Below, one piece after another: positions 39,704 to 51,745 of a DNA stretch of 64,000 bases (position 1 is the first letter of the stretch; the number at the start of each line of letters is the position of its first letter). Source of the stretch: Candidatus Hydrogenedentota bacterium (GTDB lineage Bacteria > Hydrogenedentota > Hydrogenedentia > Hydrogenedentales > SLHB01); the NCBI GenBank assembly GCA_045863295.1, contig BTWA01000003.1, positions 160,001 through 224,000 on the forward strand. Direction: 5' to 3'. Position numbers and translations under genes: made by a program. Below the pieces are notes generated by a model, which had not been told where the DNA came from, did not search any database, and saw only the letters and a list, made by a program, of their open reading frames with translations.

Positions 39704-42058
39704 GTGCACGTTCCCGTGTCCCCGGAAATTAATCGACTGCTCGACGATGCCGCTGAGGCAAGCGTCAGACGCGGCCGGTTTTACGTCGGCGTCGAATTTG
39801 TTTACGAATCCCTGTTGGCCAACGCGGACGCCCTGCCTAAACCGTTCCGCTCGCAATACGAAAGTACCCTAAAGGCCGCGCTCCCCGAGATGGGCCGCGA
39901 GGCCTGGCGCGGCTCGATGCCCACGGCGAATCCGGAGGTGTTCTACACTCCCCGCTGCGCCGCGCTGACGTCGCAGGCCGCACGCCTGGCCGCACGGTTG
40001 GGCAACGAGCAACCTTCCGCCGGACATCTCCTGTTAGCCATTCTGGCCGATGCTCAGGCCGCACCGAGCCGCGCTATCGACAGACTTGGCAAGAATCGCG
40101 GAGAAATGATTCAAGCCCTCCGAAACGAATTGCTGAAGAAGAGCGGTGGAACTATCGTTGAACAGGAGAACAGAACCTCCGCGACTCGCTCGGATAGTGC
40201 GTCCCAAGCGGCCGGACCGGAGGAAGCGGAACCGGCGGCGCCCAAACAGGGCGTGTTGGAGAAGCTAACCCGCGATCTCACAAAGATGGCGGTCAACGGA
40301 AAACTAGAACCAGCCATCGGCCGCGACCAGGACATCATGACCATGGTAGAGATCCTGGCTCGCAAGACGAAAAACAACGTCATGCTCGTGGGCGAAGCCG
40401 GTGTCGGCAAGACGCGCGTGGTGGAAGGGCTGGCGGCCTCCATTGTAACAGGAGGCATGGGCGGCATCCTGCCAAACTACCGCATTCTGGAATTGAGCCT
40501 CGCGGCGCTTACCGCCGGCACGCAGTACCGCGGTCAGTTTGAAGAGAAGTTGCTCAAGCTTCTGGAGAAACTGAAAAGCGATGACAAGACGGTGCTGTTC
40601 ATCGACGAAGCGCACCTCATCATGGGCAGCGGAAGCGTGGAAGGCGGCACAATGGATCTCGCCAACATGCTCAAGCCGGCCCTTGCCCGCGGCGAGATTC
40701 GTTGCATTGGCGCTACAACCATGGCGGAATACCGCAAATTCATCGAAAAAGATCCCGCCATGGAACGGCGGTTTCAACTTGTGCGCATCGAACCGCTCTC
40801 GACCGCGGCTACATATGACGTATTGAAGAAGATGCGCCCGTCGCTCGAAAAGCACCATCAGTGCAAGATCAGCAAGACCGCCCTAAAGGCCGCCATCGAG
40901 TTGACCGAACGATACATGCCCAACCGGCAACTGCCGGACAAGGCCATCGACGTGCTGGATCAGGCCTGCTCGCGGTACCGGTTAAAGCAGGTCGCCGCGA
41001 AGAGCAACCCGAAGCTGTTCGAAAGTTCGCAATCGGGAGACGACGAAGACAAGGTCCGGCCGCATGACGTGCGTAAAGTCGTGAGCCGCGCCACGGGCAT
41101 TCCCATCGAAGATATCACCGCCGAGGAACGCGTCCGCCTGAGCGATCTCGAGCGCAAACTGAACCGCCGCATCATCGGCCAGGAAGAGGCCGTCGCGAAA
41201 GTGGTGGCGGCCGTAAAAAAATCGCGCGCAGGACTCGGCGCGCGCAACCGCCCCGAATCCGTCATGATGTTTCTCGGACCGACCGGCGTGGGCAAGACCC
41301 AACTCGCCAAGGAACTCTCGAAGTTCCTCTTCGGTTCCACAAACCACCTGATCACGTTCGACATGTCCGAGTATCTCGAAGAACATTCGGTCTCCCGCTT
41401 GCTCGGCGCCCCGCCCGGATACGTCGGCAGCGACGAGGAAGGCCGCCTGACCGCCGCCGTGCGCAATGCCCCGTTTTCCGTGTTGCTTTTCGACGAAGTG
41501 GAAAAGGCGCATCGGCGCATCTTTGATATCTTTCTGCCCATACTCGACGAGGGCCGCCTGAAGGATTCGCGCGGACGGATGGTGGATTTCCGCCATTGCA
41601 TCATCCTGTTTACGTCCAACATCGGTGCTGAATTCGCCAAGCGCGGCGGAGATACGGAGGACCGGCACGTGCTGCTCGACGCGCTGCACAAACACTTCCG
41701 GCCCGAGTTCATCAACCGCATCGACGAAATCGTGCCGTTCTATCCGCTCGTTTTCGAAGACATCCGCAAGGTCCTGCAGGTCTCCCTGCGCGACGCGCAG
41801 AAACGCCTGATGGACAAAGGCATGAAATTGCGCGTCTACCAACGTGCCTACGAATTCCTTGCGGAGCAGGGGTACGACGCCAAATTCGGAGCGCGCGAAC
41901 TGAACCGCACCGTAGAGCGCCTCGTCGTGCAACCCGTCAGCGAAGCCATTATCGACGGCCGCTTTGCAAACGGCGACGTGATCGAAGTGCTCATGGAAAA
42001 CGGCCATCTCGCCTTCCAGAAGGGTGAACACCGGGCCGAAGCGGAGGCCGTCCGATGA
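39704..42058 (+). CDS. Two-NBD Clp/Hsp100 AAA+ ATPase (ClpA/C-like, atypical)
   Basis: Clp N-domain; [48 protein letters not shown]. Confidence 0.93.
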   Translation: MHVPVSPEINRLLDDAAEASVRRGRFYVGVEFVYESLLANADALPKPFRSQYESTLKAALPEMGREAWRGSMPTANPEVFYTPRCAALTSQAARLAARLGNEQPSAGHLLLAILADAQAAPSRAIDRLGKNRGEMIQALRNELLKKSGGTIVEQENRTSATRSDSASQAAGPEEAEPAAPKQGVLEKLTRDLTKMAVNGKLEPAIGRDQDIMTMVEILARKTKNNVMLVGEAGVGKTRVVEGLAASIVTGGMGGILPNYRILELSLAALTAGTQYRGQFEEKLLKLLEKLKSDDKTVLFIDEAHLIMGSGSVEGGTMDLANMLKPALARGEIRCIGATTMAEYRKFIEKDPAMERRFQLVRIEPLSTAATYDVLKKMRPSLEKHHQCKISKTALKAAIELTERYMPNRQLPDKAIDVLDQACSRYRLKQVAAKSNPKLFESSQSGDDEDKVRPHDVRKVVSRATGIPIEDITAEERVRLSDLERKLNRRIIGQEEAVAKVVAAVKKSRAGLGARNRPESVMMFLGPTGVGKTQLAKELSKFLFGSTNHLITFDMSEYLEEHSVSRLLGAPPGYVGSDEEGRLTAAVRNAPFSVLLFDEVEKAHRRIFDIFLPILDEGRLKDSRGRMVDFRHCIILFTSNIGAEFAKRGGDTEDRHVLLDALHKHFRPEFINRIDEIVPFYPLVFEDIRKVLQVSLRDAQKRLMDKGMKLRVYQRAYEFLAEQGYDAKFGARELNRTVERLVVQPVSEAIIDGRFANGDVIEVLMENGHLAFQKGEHRAEAEAVR

Positions 42059-42648
42059 TGCCCCACAGCCCCGGACTCTCCGATTCGCTCGTCGTCATCA
42101 ACGGCCCGGAAGACGGCGCGGAATTCCCCGTGGTGCGCGCGCCGCTCGTTATCGGCGAGGATCCCCACTGCGACATCTGCGTCCGTCTCGATCGCGCCGT
42201 CGAAGAACGGCACGCCATGATCTCCGTTGTTTCCGAAGGCTACCGCGTGCGCAAGCTGGGCCGCACCCCCGTGTTCGTCAATGGCAAAAAGGCCGGGGCG
42301 CTTAAATCGCGCATTGCCCACAACGGCAGCACCATCCAGGTTGGCCACACGCTGTTCTCCGTCGAATGCGTGCCCGATGGCCTTGCCAACCGCAGCCGAG
42401 GTATGGTCGCCGAAAGCGATTTCGGCTGGGCCGTCCGCCAATCCGGCAGCGCCCTGATCTCGTTCGTCCGCGGCTTTTTCGATTTCCTCTTCCGCCTCTT
42501 CGGCCGCATGACCTCAAGCTGGCTCCTCATCGTAGCCATCCTGATCATCGTCATGGCCATCTCCCCCACCGTCCGCGCCTGGGCGGGCTACTTTATCCGC
42601 TACGCCTTGTACTACGCGAACCTGATCGTCAGCCGGGTGTTTTCGTAA
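42055..42648 (+). CDS. FHA-domain protein with C-terminal membrane anchor
   Basis: LVVINGPEDG, IGEDPHCDI, ERHAMI, VFVNG, IQVGHTLF; hydrophobic C-terminus; ATGA overlap with the Clp gene. Confidence 0.8.
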   Translation: MMPHSPGLSDSLVVINGPEDGAEFPVVRAPLVIGEDPHCDICVRLDRAVEERHAMISVVSEGYRVRKLGRTPVFVNGKKAGALKSRIAHNGSTIQVGHTLFSVECVPDGLANRSRGMVAESDFGWAVRQSGSALISFVRGFFDFLFRLFGRMTSSWLLIVAILIIVMAISPTVRAWAGYFIRYALYYANLIVSRVFS

Positions 42649-42872
42649 AACGGACTTATTGCCAACTCTGAATGCCGCTCGTCGCCTACGACAGGCATCT
42701 CGTCCGCCTATTTCGATTCGCTCCGATTGCCCACAGATCCACAGATTCAATCGAATCCTTTTGTGAAATATCCTCAGCGATTCAAGCCCAGACTTTTCTG
42801 CGTGAGCATCTTGCACCACGGAGACTGTACTTCAGTCTTCCACGCACGCTAAAAGCGCGATGTAAAATGCGG

Positions 42873-43018
42873 GTCATCCCCGCGAAGGCGGGGATCCATC
42901 TTCCAATGTCGCAAGTAGCTTTGCACTCACATGGATTCCCGCCTGCGCGGGAATGACGAGTTCGGTGCCCGCCTGCAAGGGAATGACGAATTCGGTGCCC
43001 GCCTGCGCGTGAATGACG
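42873..43018. repeat. REP doublet plus tandem 30-bp copies (GTCATCCCCGCGAAGGCGGGGATCCA family)
   Basis: 42873-42898 is inverted to TGGATTCCCGCCTGCGCGGGAATGAC (42932-42957); two more CCCGCCTGC..GAATGACG units at 30-bp period. Confidence 0.88.
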
Positions 43019-43129
43019 GAATGCGTGTACCGCACCGCAAATTTCGCTATGATTCTCCTCTCTGAGTGTTGGGCCGGGTTGCGCTTGGCTCCAATGCCTG
43101 CATGCAACGGAAACAGGAGTCTTCGCATC

Positions 43130-44086
43130 GTGAAGTTTGTCTTGAAAGCCCTTGCCGTACTCCTCATCGTGGCCGCCATCTCGGCCGCGGCGGTGCTTTT
43201 TTATGCCGATTCGAAGTATCACGCCCTGCGGGCGGCCCGAGAGGCGTCGTTTTCCGAGGTGGCCGACGAGTCGGTGAGCATGGTGCTGGTGATGAAGCCC
43301 GCACTGGCGGAGGCGCTCATCCTCGAGAAGGCCTCGGCGCTGAGCGAAAACATCCGCCCCTGGATGATCAATTTTGCGTTGCCTTACGAGGCGGCCCTGC
43401 TTATGCGGCCGGACCTTGCCAACAAGCGCCTTGACACCACAATGTTTCTCAATGAAAGGCGGTTCGGGCCGATGATTGTGCAGCAGGCCAACGCCTACGG
43501 CATGGGCGCCGTGATGCCGCAAGTGCAATGGGCGCCGGACGGATTCGTGCAAAAAGAACGGGGCGTCATTACCGTCGACGGAAGCTTGCCGATCAATCCA
43601 GCCATCGCCGCCTTGGCCGAACAGAAATGGGGCATCGTGACGCCGGCGGGCTATCCCGAACCGGAAGGCGGCCACCTGGCCGAACTTATCGTGGACAACC
43701 GCAACGGCGGCCTGTTCCTTCTGCTGGGTACACTGCAATCCAGCGGCATCGTGTCCATGAATCTGCCGCCGGACGAACTGGCAACGAATCTATTGCCCGT
43801 GGGCATCTTCCGGCTGAACGCGGATTTGGTGTCGCCTGAGGTGGCCAATATCACACTGCGCATCGAAGCCGCCATCAACGCCACGGAAGGCGAGTTTGGA
43901 GCATTCGACTTCACACTGAGCCTGCTCTACGGCGCGCTGGCCAAGGGCCTGCGCGACAACGGCGGCATCGAGTTGGAAGGATCGAAGAAGCGCGAAGGCA
44001 CGGTCATCACCGGGCAATATACGTTGACCGGCGTAAGCAAATTGTTCGAGCCGCCGCAACCACAAGGCATGGCCAGGCCGAATTGA
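43130..44086 (+). CDS. Membrane-anchored hypothetical protein
   Basis: AGGAG RBS, GTG start, N-terminal TM, long ORF with host-like codon use. Confidence 0.75.
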   Translation: MKFVLKALAVLLIVAAISAAAVLFYADSKYHALRAAREASFSEVADESVSMVLVMKPALAEALILEKASALSENIRPWMINFALPYEAALLMRPDLANKRLDTTMFLNERRFGPMIVQQANAYGMGAVMPQVQWAPDGFVQKERGVITVDGSLPINPAIAALAEQKWGIVTPAGYPEPEGGHLAELIVDNRNGGLFLLLGTLQSSGIVSMNLPPDELATNLLPVGIFRLNADLVSPEVANITLRIEAAINATEGEFGAFDFTLSLLYGALAKGLRDNGGIELEGSKKREGTVITGQYTLTGVSKLFEPPQPQGMARPN

Positions 44087-44164
44087 TCGCGCAAACGCCG
44101 GCCGCGCGCCGCAGGGGGACCCGGAGCCGCAACGCGCTCCGGCGGAAGAAACGGGGGAACTGCA

Positions 44165-45595
44165 ATGTCAACGAATTCCGCGGTAGCCAATTCCAAGCCA
44201 GTGTCCGCATGGCAACCCATACTCTTTTCCGCGTTGGCCGGCGGCATGGCCTGGGGCATACGCGGACAATACGGCCATGAAACCGGGGCGATGCTGGCGG
44301 GCCTCCTGGTGAGCCTCGTGGTGTCGGTGTTCCTGTGCCCCAACGCGGGTTCGCTGTCCGTGGCGCGCGCCGTGGCCATGGGCACTATCGCGATGGGATT
44401 CGGCGGCACCATGACCTACGGCCAGACCCTCGGCCTCACGCAAAACCCGGAGGTCATCGGCAATGGGGCCGCGCTGTGTTGGGGCTTGATTGGCTGCGCA
44501 ATCAAGGGCGGCATCTGGATCGCCTTCGCGGGCGCCTTTCTCGGCATGGGGCTGAGCGGCGTGCGCTACCGGTCACGCGATCTGCTGTTTCTCATGCTCG
44601 CGGCGCTCGGCGCCTATTACATCGGGTTTGAAGTGCTTAACCAGCCCTTCAACCCGCGCCGGCACGAACTCCCATGGCTCTATTTCTCCTCCACGTGGGA
44701 ACTGTATCCCAACAAGGATCCGGAACCGCGCATGGAATATTGGGGCGGACTGCTGTTCGCCTTGGCCACGGTATTGATTTACGCAGGCTGGCATCGCAAG
44801 GACCGGCTGGCCCTGTGCCTGGGCCTGTGGGGACTCCTGGGCGGCGCAATCGGCTTTCCGCTGGGCCAATGTCTGCAAGCCTACCACGCCTGGAATCCCG
44901 AAGTATTTCAACAGGGCATCTGGGTGAATCTCGACCCTCACATGAACTGGTGGAACTGGATGGAAACCACGTTCGGCTTTACCATGGGCGCAACACTCGG
45001 ACTCGGCGCATGGATCCATCGCGCGCGTATCAAACCGGAAGACGGCGGCGAATACCTTCCCCTGCCCGTGGAATGGATCCTAGTGGCCGCGCACGTGTCG
45101 CTGCTGGTCGGCGCCGAATTCCTGCCTTGGCGCAAAGTGGCGACCCTGTACGACCTCGGCCTCATTCTCGGAACCCTCCCGTTGATGGCCGTCGCGGGTG
45201 GACGCTGGTGGCCGTTCCTGATGGCCTTGCCGATCACACTGATCCCGTACTCTGGCAAAACGCTGCTCGAACTTTCCTACGAAAAAGCAGAGGTGAATCC
45301 CACGACCGGATGGATCCTGTACGTGACCATCCCCATTTTCATCGCTACGGCAGCCGCCTTCTGGTTCGCGACCCGGGCCAACAGCAAACCCGCTGCCATC
45401 ACCTTCGCCGCACCGGCGCTGTTGCTTTGCACCTGGACCTACTTTCTCCTGAACTGGTTCTACTTCCGTTTCCCCTGGCCTTGGGCCGAATGGAGCAACC
45501 GCACGCCCAACGGCATGTTCTTCACGGTGTGCGCCATCGGGTTAACTGTCCTGGCCATTGCGAAATGGCCCAGAAAACAGACCGTTACCCTGTGA
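44165..45595 (+). CDS. Polytopic membrane protein of unknown function
   Basis: Many TM segments; GGMAWGIRGQYGHETGA, FGGTMTYGQ, NWWNWME motifs. Confidence 0.8.
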   Translation: MSTNSAVANSKPVSAWQPILFSALAGGMAWGIRGQYGHETGAMLAGLLVSLVVSVFLCPNAGSLSVARAVAMGTIAMGFGGTMTYGQTLGLTQNPEVIGNGAALCWGLIGCAIKGGIWIAFAGAFLGMGLSGVRYRSRDLLFLMLAALGAYYIGFEVLNQPFNPRRHELPWLYFSSTWELYPNKDPEPRMEYWGGLLFALATVLIYAGWHRKDRLALCLGLWGLLGGAIGFPLGQCLQAYHAWNPEVFQQGIWVNLDPHMNWWNWMETTFGFTMGATLGLGAWIHRARIKPEDGGEYLPLPVEWILVAAHVSLLVGAEFLPWRKVATLYDLGLILGTLPLMAVAGGRWWPFLMALPITLIPYSGKTLLELSYEKAEVNPTTGWILYVTIPIFIATAAAFWFATRANSKPAAITFAAPALLLCTWTYFLLNWFYFRFPWPWAEWSNRTPNGMFFTVCAIGLTVLAIAKWPRKQTVTL

Positions 45596-46018
45596 GCAGT
45601 CTTTGGCTTCGAAGGCAAAATGCTGTGGGTGTCTTCATCTATTTGTGTCAGCGTGTTGCACCGACGGAAAAAAACAAAACAAGGGTTATTTAGGGTTAAA
45701 TTTGTTTTAATCGAAGTATCTGCGGTATTTTTGGGATAGTCTCTATAAACATCGAATTCGGCAAACGAATACCCAGTCTACTATTGAAATTCACCAGTAG
45801 TCACGCAAACCAGAAATGCCGCTTTCATTGAAACATCTTTTGAATCCCAAATTCGGGGACCTCAGTACGAAACGCTATTGACTTAATGGCGGCTCTTCCG
45901 TGTGGCCGTGGTTGAATCGGACCATGTTGCGTTCTGGGTAGGGGTGAGGGCCAAAATTGGCCGCGGGTTCGTCGCACGGCTCTCATGCCTTTTCAAGGTT
46001 TTGCTGGAGGACGGCAAC

Positions 46019-46444
46019 GTGAATCGTAAACATCTACTTGTGCTGCTGTTCGTCGCATGCATTCCGCTTGTGGTCAAGAACATGGCCGACGAGATGTATA
46101 TGCTAAGCATTCAAGGCGCACTAGTCTTCAGCGCCATCTGGCTCCTGTTGCCTTTCCTTTTTCTACTTGAGGCCAGGTGGACCAAGAAAGACCATGTGTT
46201 CATCGCTAATACGGTCTACCTACTTATCAGCCTTCTGTTTTTCGCACTCTATGCCTTCAACGGATCGACATTCGACGGGACGAACGAAGGCGGGCAACAT
46301 ATGCACGTCATAATGTTTCCCATCTACCAAGTCGTCATCGCCATTTTGGTACGAGCCACGTTTACCCTCGCACATCTGGTCAGCTACGCGGTCAATCGCA
46401 AGAAGAAGGCACCGGCAGAGACTCTCACAGATACTGCCACTTGA
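46019..46444 (+). CDS. Small 4-TM hypothetical protein
   Basis: GGAGG RBS + GTG; four hydrophobic stretches; lower-GC region. Confidence 0.6.
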   Translation: MNRKHLLVLLFVACIPLVVKNMADEMYMLSIQGALVFSAIWLLLPFLFLLEARWTKKDHVFIANTVYLLISLLFFALYAFNGSTFDGTNEGGQHMHVIMFPIYQVVIAILVRATFTLAHLVSYAVNRKKKAPAETLTDTAT

Positions 46445-46532
46445 CCTATTGCAGCGGACAGCATACAACCTTGTACGCGATGGATATTCATGAGACTGTT
46501 CGGTTGTGGCGCGCGACCTTTAGGAACTGGAT

Positions 46533-46760
46533 ATGCCCAAGACACACACAACGAAATACGATGTGGCGGAACATCTGCTCTGTATTGGAAAAGCTGGGCT
46601 TCACGTCAAGACCGCTAAAGGCGACCAGCCATCGACGATTTGTTCATGCCGAAGAACAACGGTACCTGTGCACCAAGGGCAAGATATTGGACGCGGCCTG
46701 TTGCGCAAAATCCTTCGTGAAATCGAGATCACCCCGGAAGAGTTTGCCCGCCTACTTTAA
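46533..46760 (+). pseudogene. Toxin-antitoxin remnant: antidote-like N-terminus joined to frameshifted HicA-like toxin
   Basis: MPKTHTTKYDVAEHL; VLEKLGF..SH..FVHA in one frame and RTTVPVH..DIGRGLLRKILREI in another. Confidence 0.7.
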
Positions 46761-46789
46761 TCTGAAGGTAATCGTTATCAATCCTCACC

Positions 46790-47263
46790 CTACCTCGGCG
46801 GTTCTTCCGTGTGGTCGTGGTTGAAGCGGACCATGATGCGTTCGGGGTAGGGATGGTCGCCCCAGCCAAACTGGCGGTAGAGGCTGTGGGAGTCGCGGGT
46901 GGTGAGGTGGAATTGTTTTACGTCCGCGCAATCGGGATGTTCGATCACGCATTGCACGAGGAATTTCCCGACGCCCTTGTTGCGGTGTTCGGGCGCGACG
47001 AACACGTCGGCCAGCCAGGCAAAGCTGACGCCGTCGGTGAGCACGCGCGCGAAGCCAATCAACTCGCCGTTCTTGGACGTGTCATATACGCCGAAATGCA
47101 CGTCGGACCATTCCCAGGCCTTGCGAATCATTTCCGGCGTGCGGTCCTTCGCCCAGTACGTTGTTTTCAAATTCGCGATAACGCGATCCATGTCGATGCG
47201 TTCGCTGTCGGTATCGACCTCGTATTGATTCCATTGCCAATGCATCGGCAAGTCTGGTTCCAT
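46790..47263 (-). CDS. GNAT family N-acetyltransferase
   Basis: IGFARVLTDG..FAWLADVFVAPEHRNKGVGK, LYRQFGW. Confidence 0.9.
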   Translation of the reverse strand: MEPDLPMHWQWNQYEVDTDSERIDMDRVIANLKTTYWAKDRTPEMIRKAWEWSDVHFGVYDTSKNGELIGFARVLTDGVSFAWLADVFVAPEHRNKGVGKFLVQCVIEHPDCADVKQFHLTTRDSHSLYRQFGWGDHPYPERIMVRFNHDHTEEPPR

Positions 47264-47324
47264 TCCCACCTCACTCGCAACCGTCGTTCGTTCTATCTCA
47301 AGCGTGCAGACATTCATCGTGTTT

Positions 47325-47413
47325 CGCCCTTTCAGGGCTGAAGAGGTTTGTAAGAACCGCTTCTACCCAGGGCGTTGCCCTGGGCTGGTATGTTTCGGCC
47401 TTTCAGGCCTGAA
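47325..47413. repeat. REP cluster (GCCCTTTCAGGGC / CCCAGGGCGTTGCCCTGGG family)
   Basis: Three short palindromes in 90 bp: GCCCTTTCAGGGC, CCCAGGGCGTTGCCCTGGG, GGCCTTTCAGGCC. Confidence 0.82.
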
Positions 47414-47573
47414 TACAAGATCGATTCATTCGACGGCGCCGCTCGATAGTCATCCAGTTTCACAGCGTCGTGCAAGCAAAACGCCTCTCCTACGGAAGCG
47501 AAGTTTACTGCAAGGCCTTTCAAAAAACGGTTGGACAAGCCTGGCGCCAAACCTGGATGTCCAAGCCCATGGG

Positions 47574-49310
<1,737 letters not shown>

Positions 49311-49495
49311 TCCCAAAAAGCTCCCACGAATTAGGTACGGGGTCAGTCTGTAACGGGCGCCATACCCAGCCCCCCGCATGCAATCACCCGGGAGTATACC
49401 CGTCAATGGATGAAAAACTAAAGACCTGAGCCGAGGGTGGGTTCGGTTACTGGCCGGTGATACTATGTGGGCAATGTATGCGCACCCGTTGGAAT

Positions 49496-49948
49496 TCATT
49501 CGTCTTTCTGAAAGGCCCGCAGCCGGTCAACATCCAACAAGTCCACGGGGCGGCCACTGGCAAGTTTCGACGAAATCAGGCCTTCACGGCTAATGTAATG
49601 GGCCGGAACACCGGCAAAAACATCCAACTCCCGTCGCTGCCACGCCGCATCGAAATCCAATCCAGGCAACGCCAGCAATATGTTCACACGAAATGGTTCT
49701 CGTCCCATCTGATAAACGTAATCGCCTGCCCTGAAGTCCGCTTGCGTTAGTCCTGTCAACGGCGCGCCAAAGTCGCGAAGCGCTTGATATACCGACTCGG
49801 AACCCGCAACGTCGCCTGCCACCCAAAGGTCCACATCTTTGGTATATCGCGGTTCCGAGTAACGCATGACGGCGTGACCCCCGACGATTAGATACCGGAC
49901 TTCATATTTTGCGAAATGATGCAAGAGTTCGATCAAGTCGGAATTCAC
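49496..49948 (-). CDS. Nucleotidyltransferase-fold protein
   Basis: [34 protein letters not shown]. Confidence 0.82.
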   Translation of the reverse strand: MNSDLIELLHHFAKYEVRYLIVGGHAVMRYSEPRYTKDVDLWVAGDVAGSESVYQALRDFGAPLTGLTQADFRAGDYVYQMGREPFRVNILLALPGLDFDAAWQRRELDVFAGVPAHYISREGLISSKLASGRPVDLLDVDRLRAFQKDE

Positions 49949-50114
49949 CGGTGTTTCCCTTATGGTAAAATTCGTAGTCTTTGACCATTTGCAGCGCAGC
50001 AAGCATTATTGCGTTGGTGCCTTGCGCTTGCCAGAACTCCACGTCGAAACTGCGATCTGCATCGCCAATCTTGCGATAGGCTTCCCAGATCGGCGCTTTG
50101 TCTCTTTGCTCCAT
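49902..50114 (-). CDS. Small partner protein upstream of the nucleotidyltransferase
   Basis: DRSFDVEFWQ...RLDRT; overlaps the NTase start. Confidence 0.65.
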   Translation of the reverse strand: MEQRDKAPIWEAYRKIGDADRSFDVEFWQAQGTNAIMLAALQMVKDYEFYHKGNTGEFRLDRTLASFRKI

Positions 50115-50264
50115 TGCATATTTCCTGACAAGTCCGGTCTAAGCTATTGTCCCGGAGTCAACTTAATCCATGCCGTAGCCGATTGTGCACATGGTACCAT
50201 ATACGGCATATTCTGCCTTGACTACATTGCACCCATGGCCGACCCTCATAAGGATACCAAGACC

Positions 50265-51686
50265 ATGTTAATGTGGCGCACTGCTTGCTGCATGGCCGCT
50301 ATCACTGGCCATATGTTGCTGACACCGTTGCTGTATGCCCAAGACACTGCCTACCGCGTCTCGGCGGCCAAGGGACCCTACTTTCTGATCGATTCCCGGG
50401 TTGTCGAAGACCGGTGGATGATTGATCGATTTGTCGTTCCGCTGAAGCGTCACTCGGCCGATCCGTTGATCGTGAAGACCGGCGAATGGGAAGGATCCGG
50501 CCCGCACATGGGAGGCTCTGTCCTTTACGATGCGGAGGCCAGACTCTTTCGCTTATGGTATACCGTGTTCAGTCGCCACAATTACGACAACAAACTCCCG
50601 TTTTCGTACAACGTGTGTTACGCGGAATCAGACGATGGCTACACGTGGCGAAAACCCGCGCTGGGGGTGTTCAAGCACGAGGCCGATCCCGCCAACAACT
50701 ACATCAATCTCGGCACGGACAAGACGCAGAACATCGACGTCATGCTGAACCCAATCCCCGGCCGGTATCCCGGAAAGTTCATCGCCCTGCACAATCAAAA
50801 AGGCGGCCTGTTCGTCTCGCATTCCGACGACGGTAAGTCGTTTGTTTTCGATCTGGACGCGCCCGCTCTCTCGTATCACAGCGACACCCACAACAACCTC
50901 GTGTATGACGAGGGTCGCGATAACTGGTTCCTGTTCTGCCGTCCCCGCGCCTACGCAGGCGATCACAAGCGCCGTGTTTCGCTGCAACAAAGCTCTGACC
51001 TCAAATCATGGACGCATGATCGCGTGATTCTTATCCCGTCGGAAGACGAACGCCCCGAGTATTACGGCATGACAGTATTCCGGCAGAATGACCTCTTCTT
51101 TGGCATGCGCCAAAGTTACGATCGAGCGGATCAACTCCTCTATCCTGAACTTGTTTGGAGCGGCGACGGCGTCCATTGGGAAAGCTTGCCCGATCACGGA
51201 AAGTTTCTGGATTTCGGCCCGCCCGGCGCATGGGATGCCGGCATGATCTTGCTTGCGGAAAGTCCCGTGCCCGTGGGTGACGAACTTCGCTTCTATTACG
51301 GCGGCTTTGCCAAGCCCCACAACGAAGCCGATAACCCTTGTGGCATCGGGCTTGCCACGGCGGAACGCGATCGCCTCGCCGGAGTGCGCCCCTCCGGCGA
51401 CGAACCCGGATATGTGTTGACACGGCCGTTCATCGTGACCGCGCAGGATACCGTGCGCCTCAATGCTATAGTCGGCGAGGAGGGCTCCATCCTCGCGGAG
51501 TTGCGAACCGACCACAACAAGCCTATCGAAGGCTATTCGCTCGCGGATTGCGACACCGTCGAATCGTCGGGCTTTGCAGTGCCGCTCACATGGAAAGGGA
51601 AAACGCTGGACACACTCGAGGGACAGGAGGTCCGCATTCGCTTCGAGCTGCGCCGTGCATCGCTCTTCACGTACGCGTTGAAATAG
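50265..51686 (+). CDS. Secreted glycoside-hydrolase-like beta-propeller protein
   Basis: CYAESDDGYTWRKP, SSDLKSWT, SGDGVHW repeats, GAWDAG, YYGG; signal peptide. Confidence 0.75.
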   Translation: MLMWRTACCMAAITGHMLLTPLLYAQDTAYRVSAAKGPYFLIDSRVVEDRWMIDRFVVPLKRHSADPLIVKTGEWEGSGPHMGGSVLYDAEARLFRLWYTVFSRHNYDNKLPFSYNVCYAESDDGYTWRKPALGVFKHEADPANNYINLGTDKTQNIDVMLNPIPGRYPGKFIALHNQKGGLFVSHSDDGKSFVFDLDAPALSYHSDTHNNLVYDEGRDNWFLFCRPRAYAGDHKRRVSLQQSSDLKSWTHDRVILIPSEDERPEYYGMTVFRQNDLFFGMRQSYDRADQLLYPELVWSGDGVHWESLPDHGKFLDFGPPGAWDAGMILLAESPVPVGDELRFYYGGFAKPHNEADNPCGIGLATAERDRLAGVRPSGDEPGYVLTRPFIVTAQDTVRLNAIVGEEGSILAELRTDHNKPIEGYSLADCDTVESSGFAVPLTWKGKTLDTLEGQEVRIRFELRRASLFTYALK

Positions 51687-51699
51687 GTCGTTAATGCAA

Positions 51700-51729
51700 A
51701 ACAGGCCACCGGAGTTCCGGTGGCCTGTT
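51700..51729. terminator. Hairpin terminator between convergent genes
   Basis: AACAGGCCACCGGA-GT-TCCGGTGGCCTGTT perfect inverted repeat. Confidence 0.8.
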
Positions 51730-51745
51730 CAAATCCACATGTACC

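Noticed and set aside
39704..42648. Type VI secretion locus (ClpV + Fha)
   Set aside because: No tssB/C, hcp, vgrG or baseplate/membrane-complex genes in the window
42931..43020. 30-bp periodic repeats as a CRISPR array
   Set aside because: No unique spacers, only three units, REP-like palindromes, no cas genes
42782..43179. ORFs with repeated peptide (VIPAQAG / RHSRAGG)
   Set aside because: Translation of the REP array rather than a protein repeat
45755..45825. GGCAAAC...GAAA...ACGCAAAC resembling a c-di-GMP-I riboswitch
   Set aside because: Spacing and pairing do not fit the P2 stem and no P3 is evident; an Infernal/Rfam scan would be decisive
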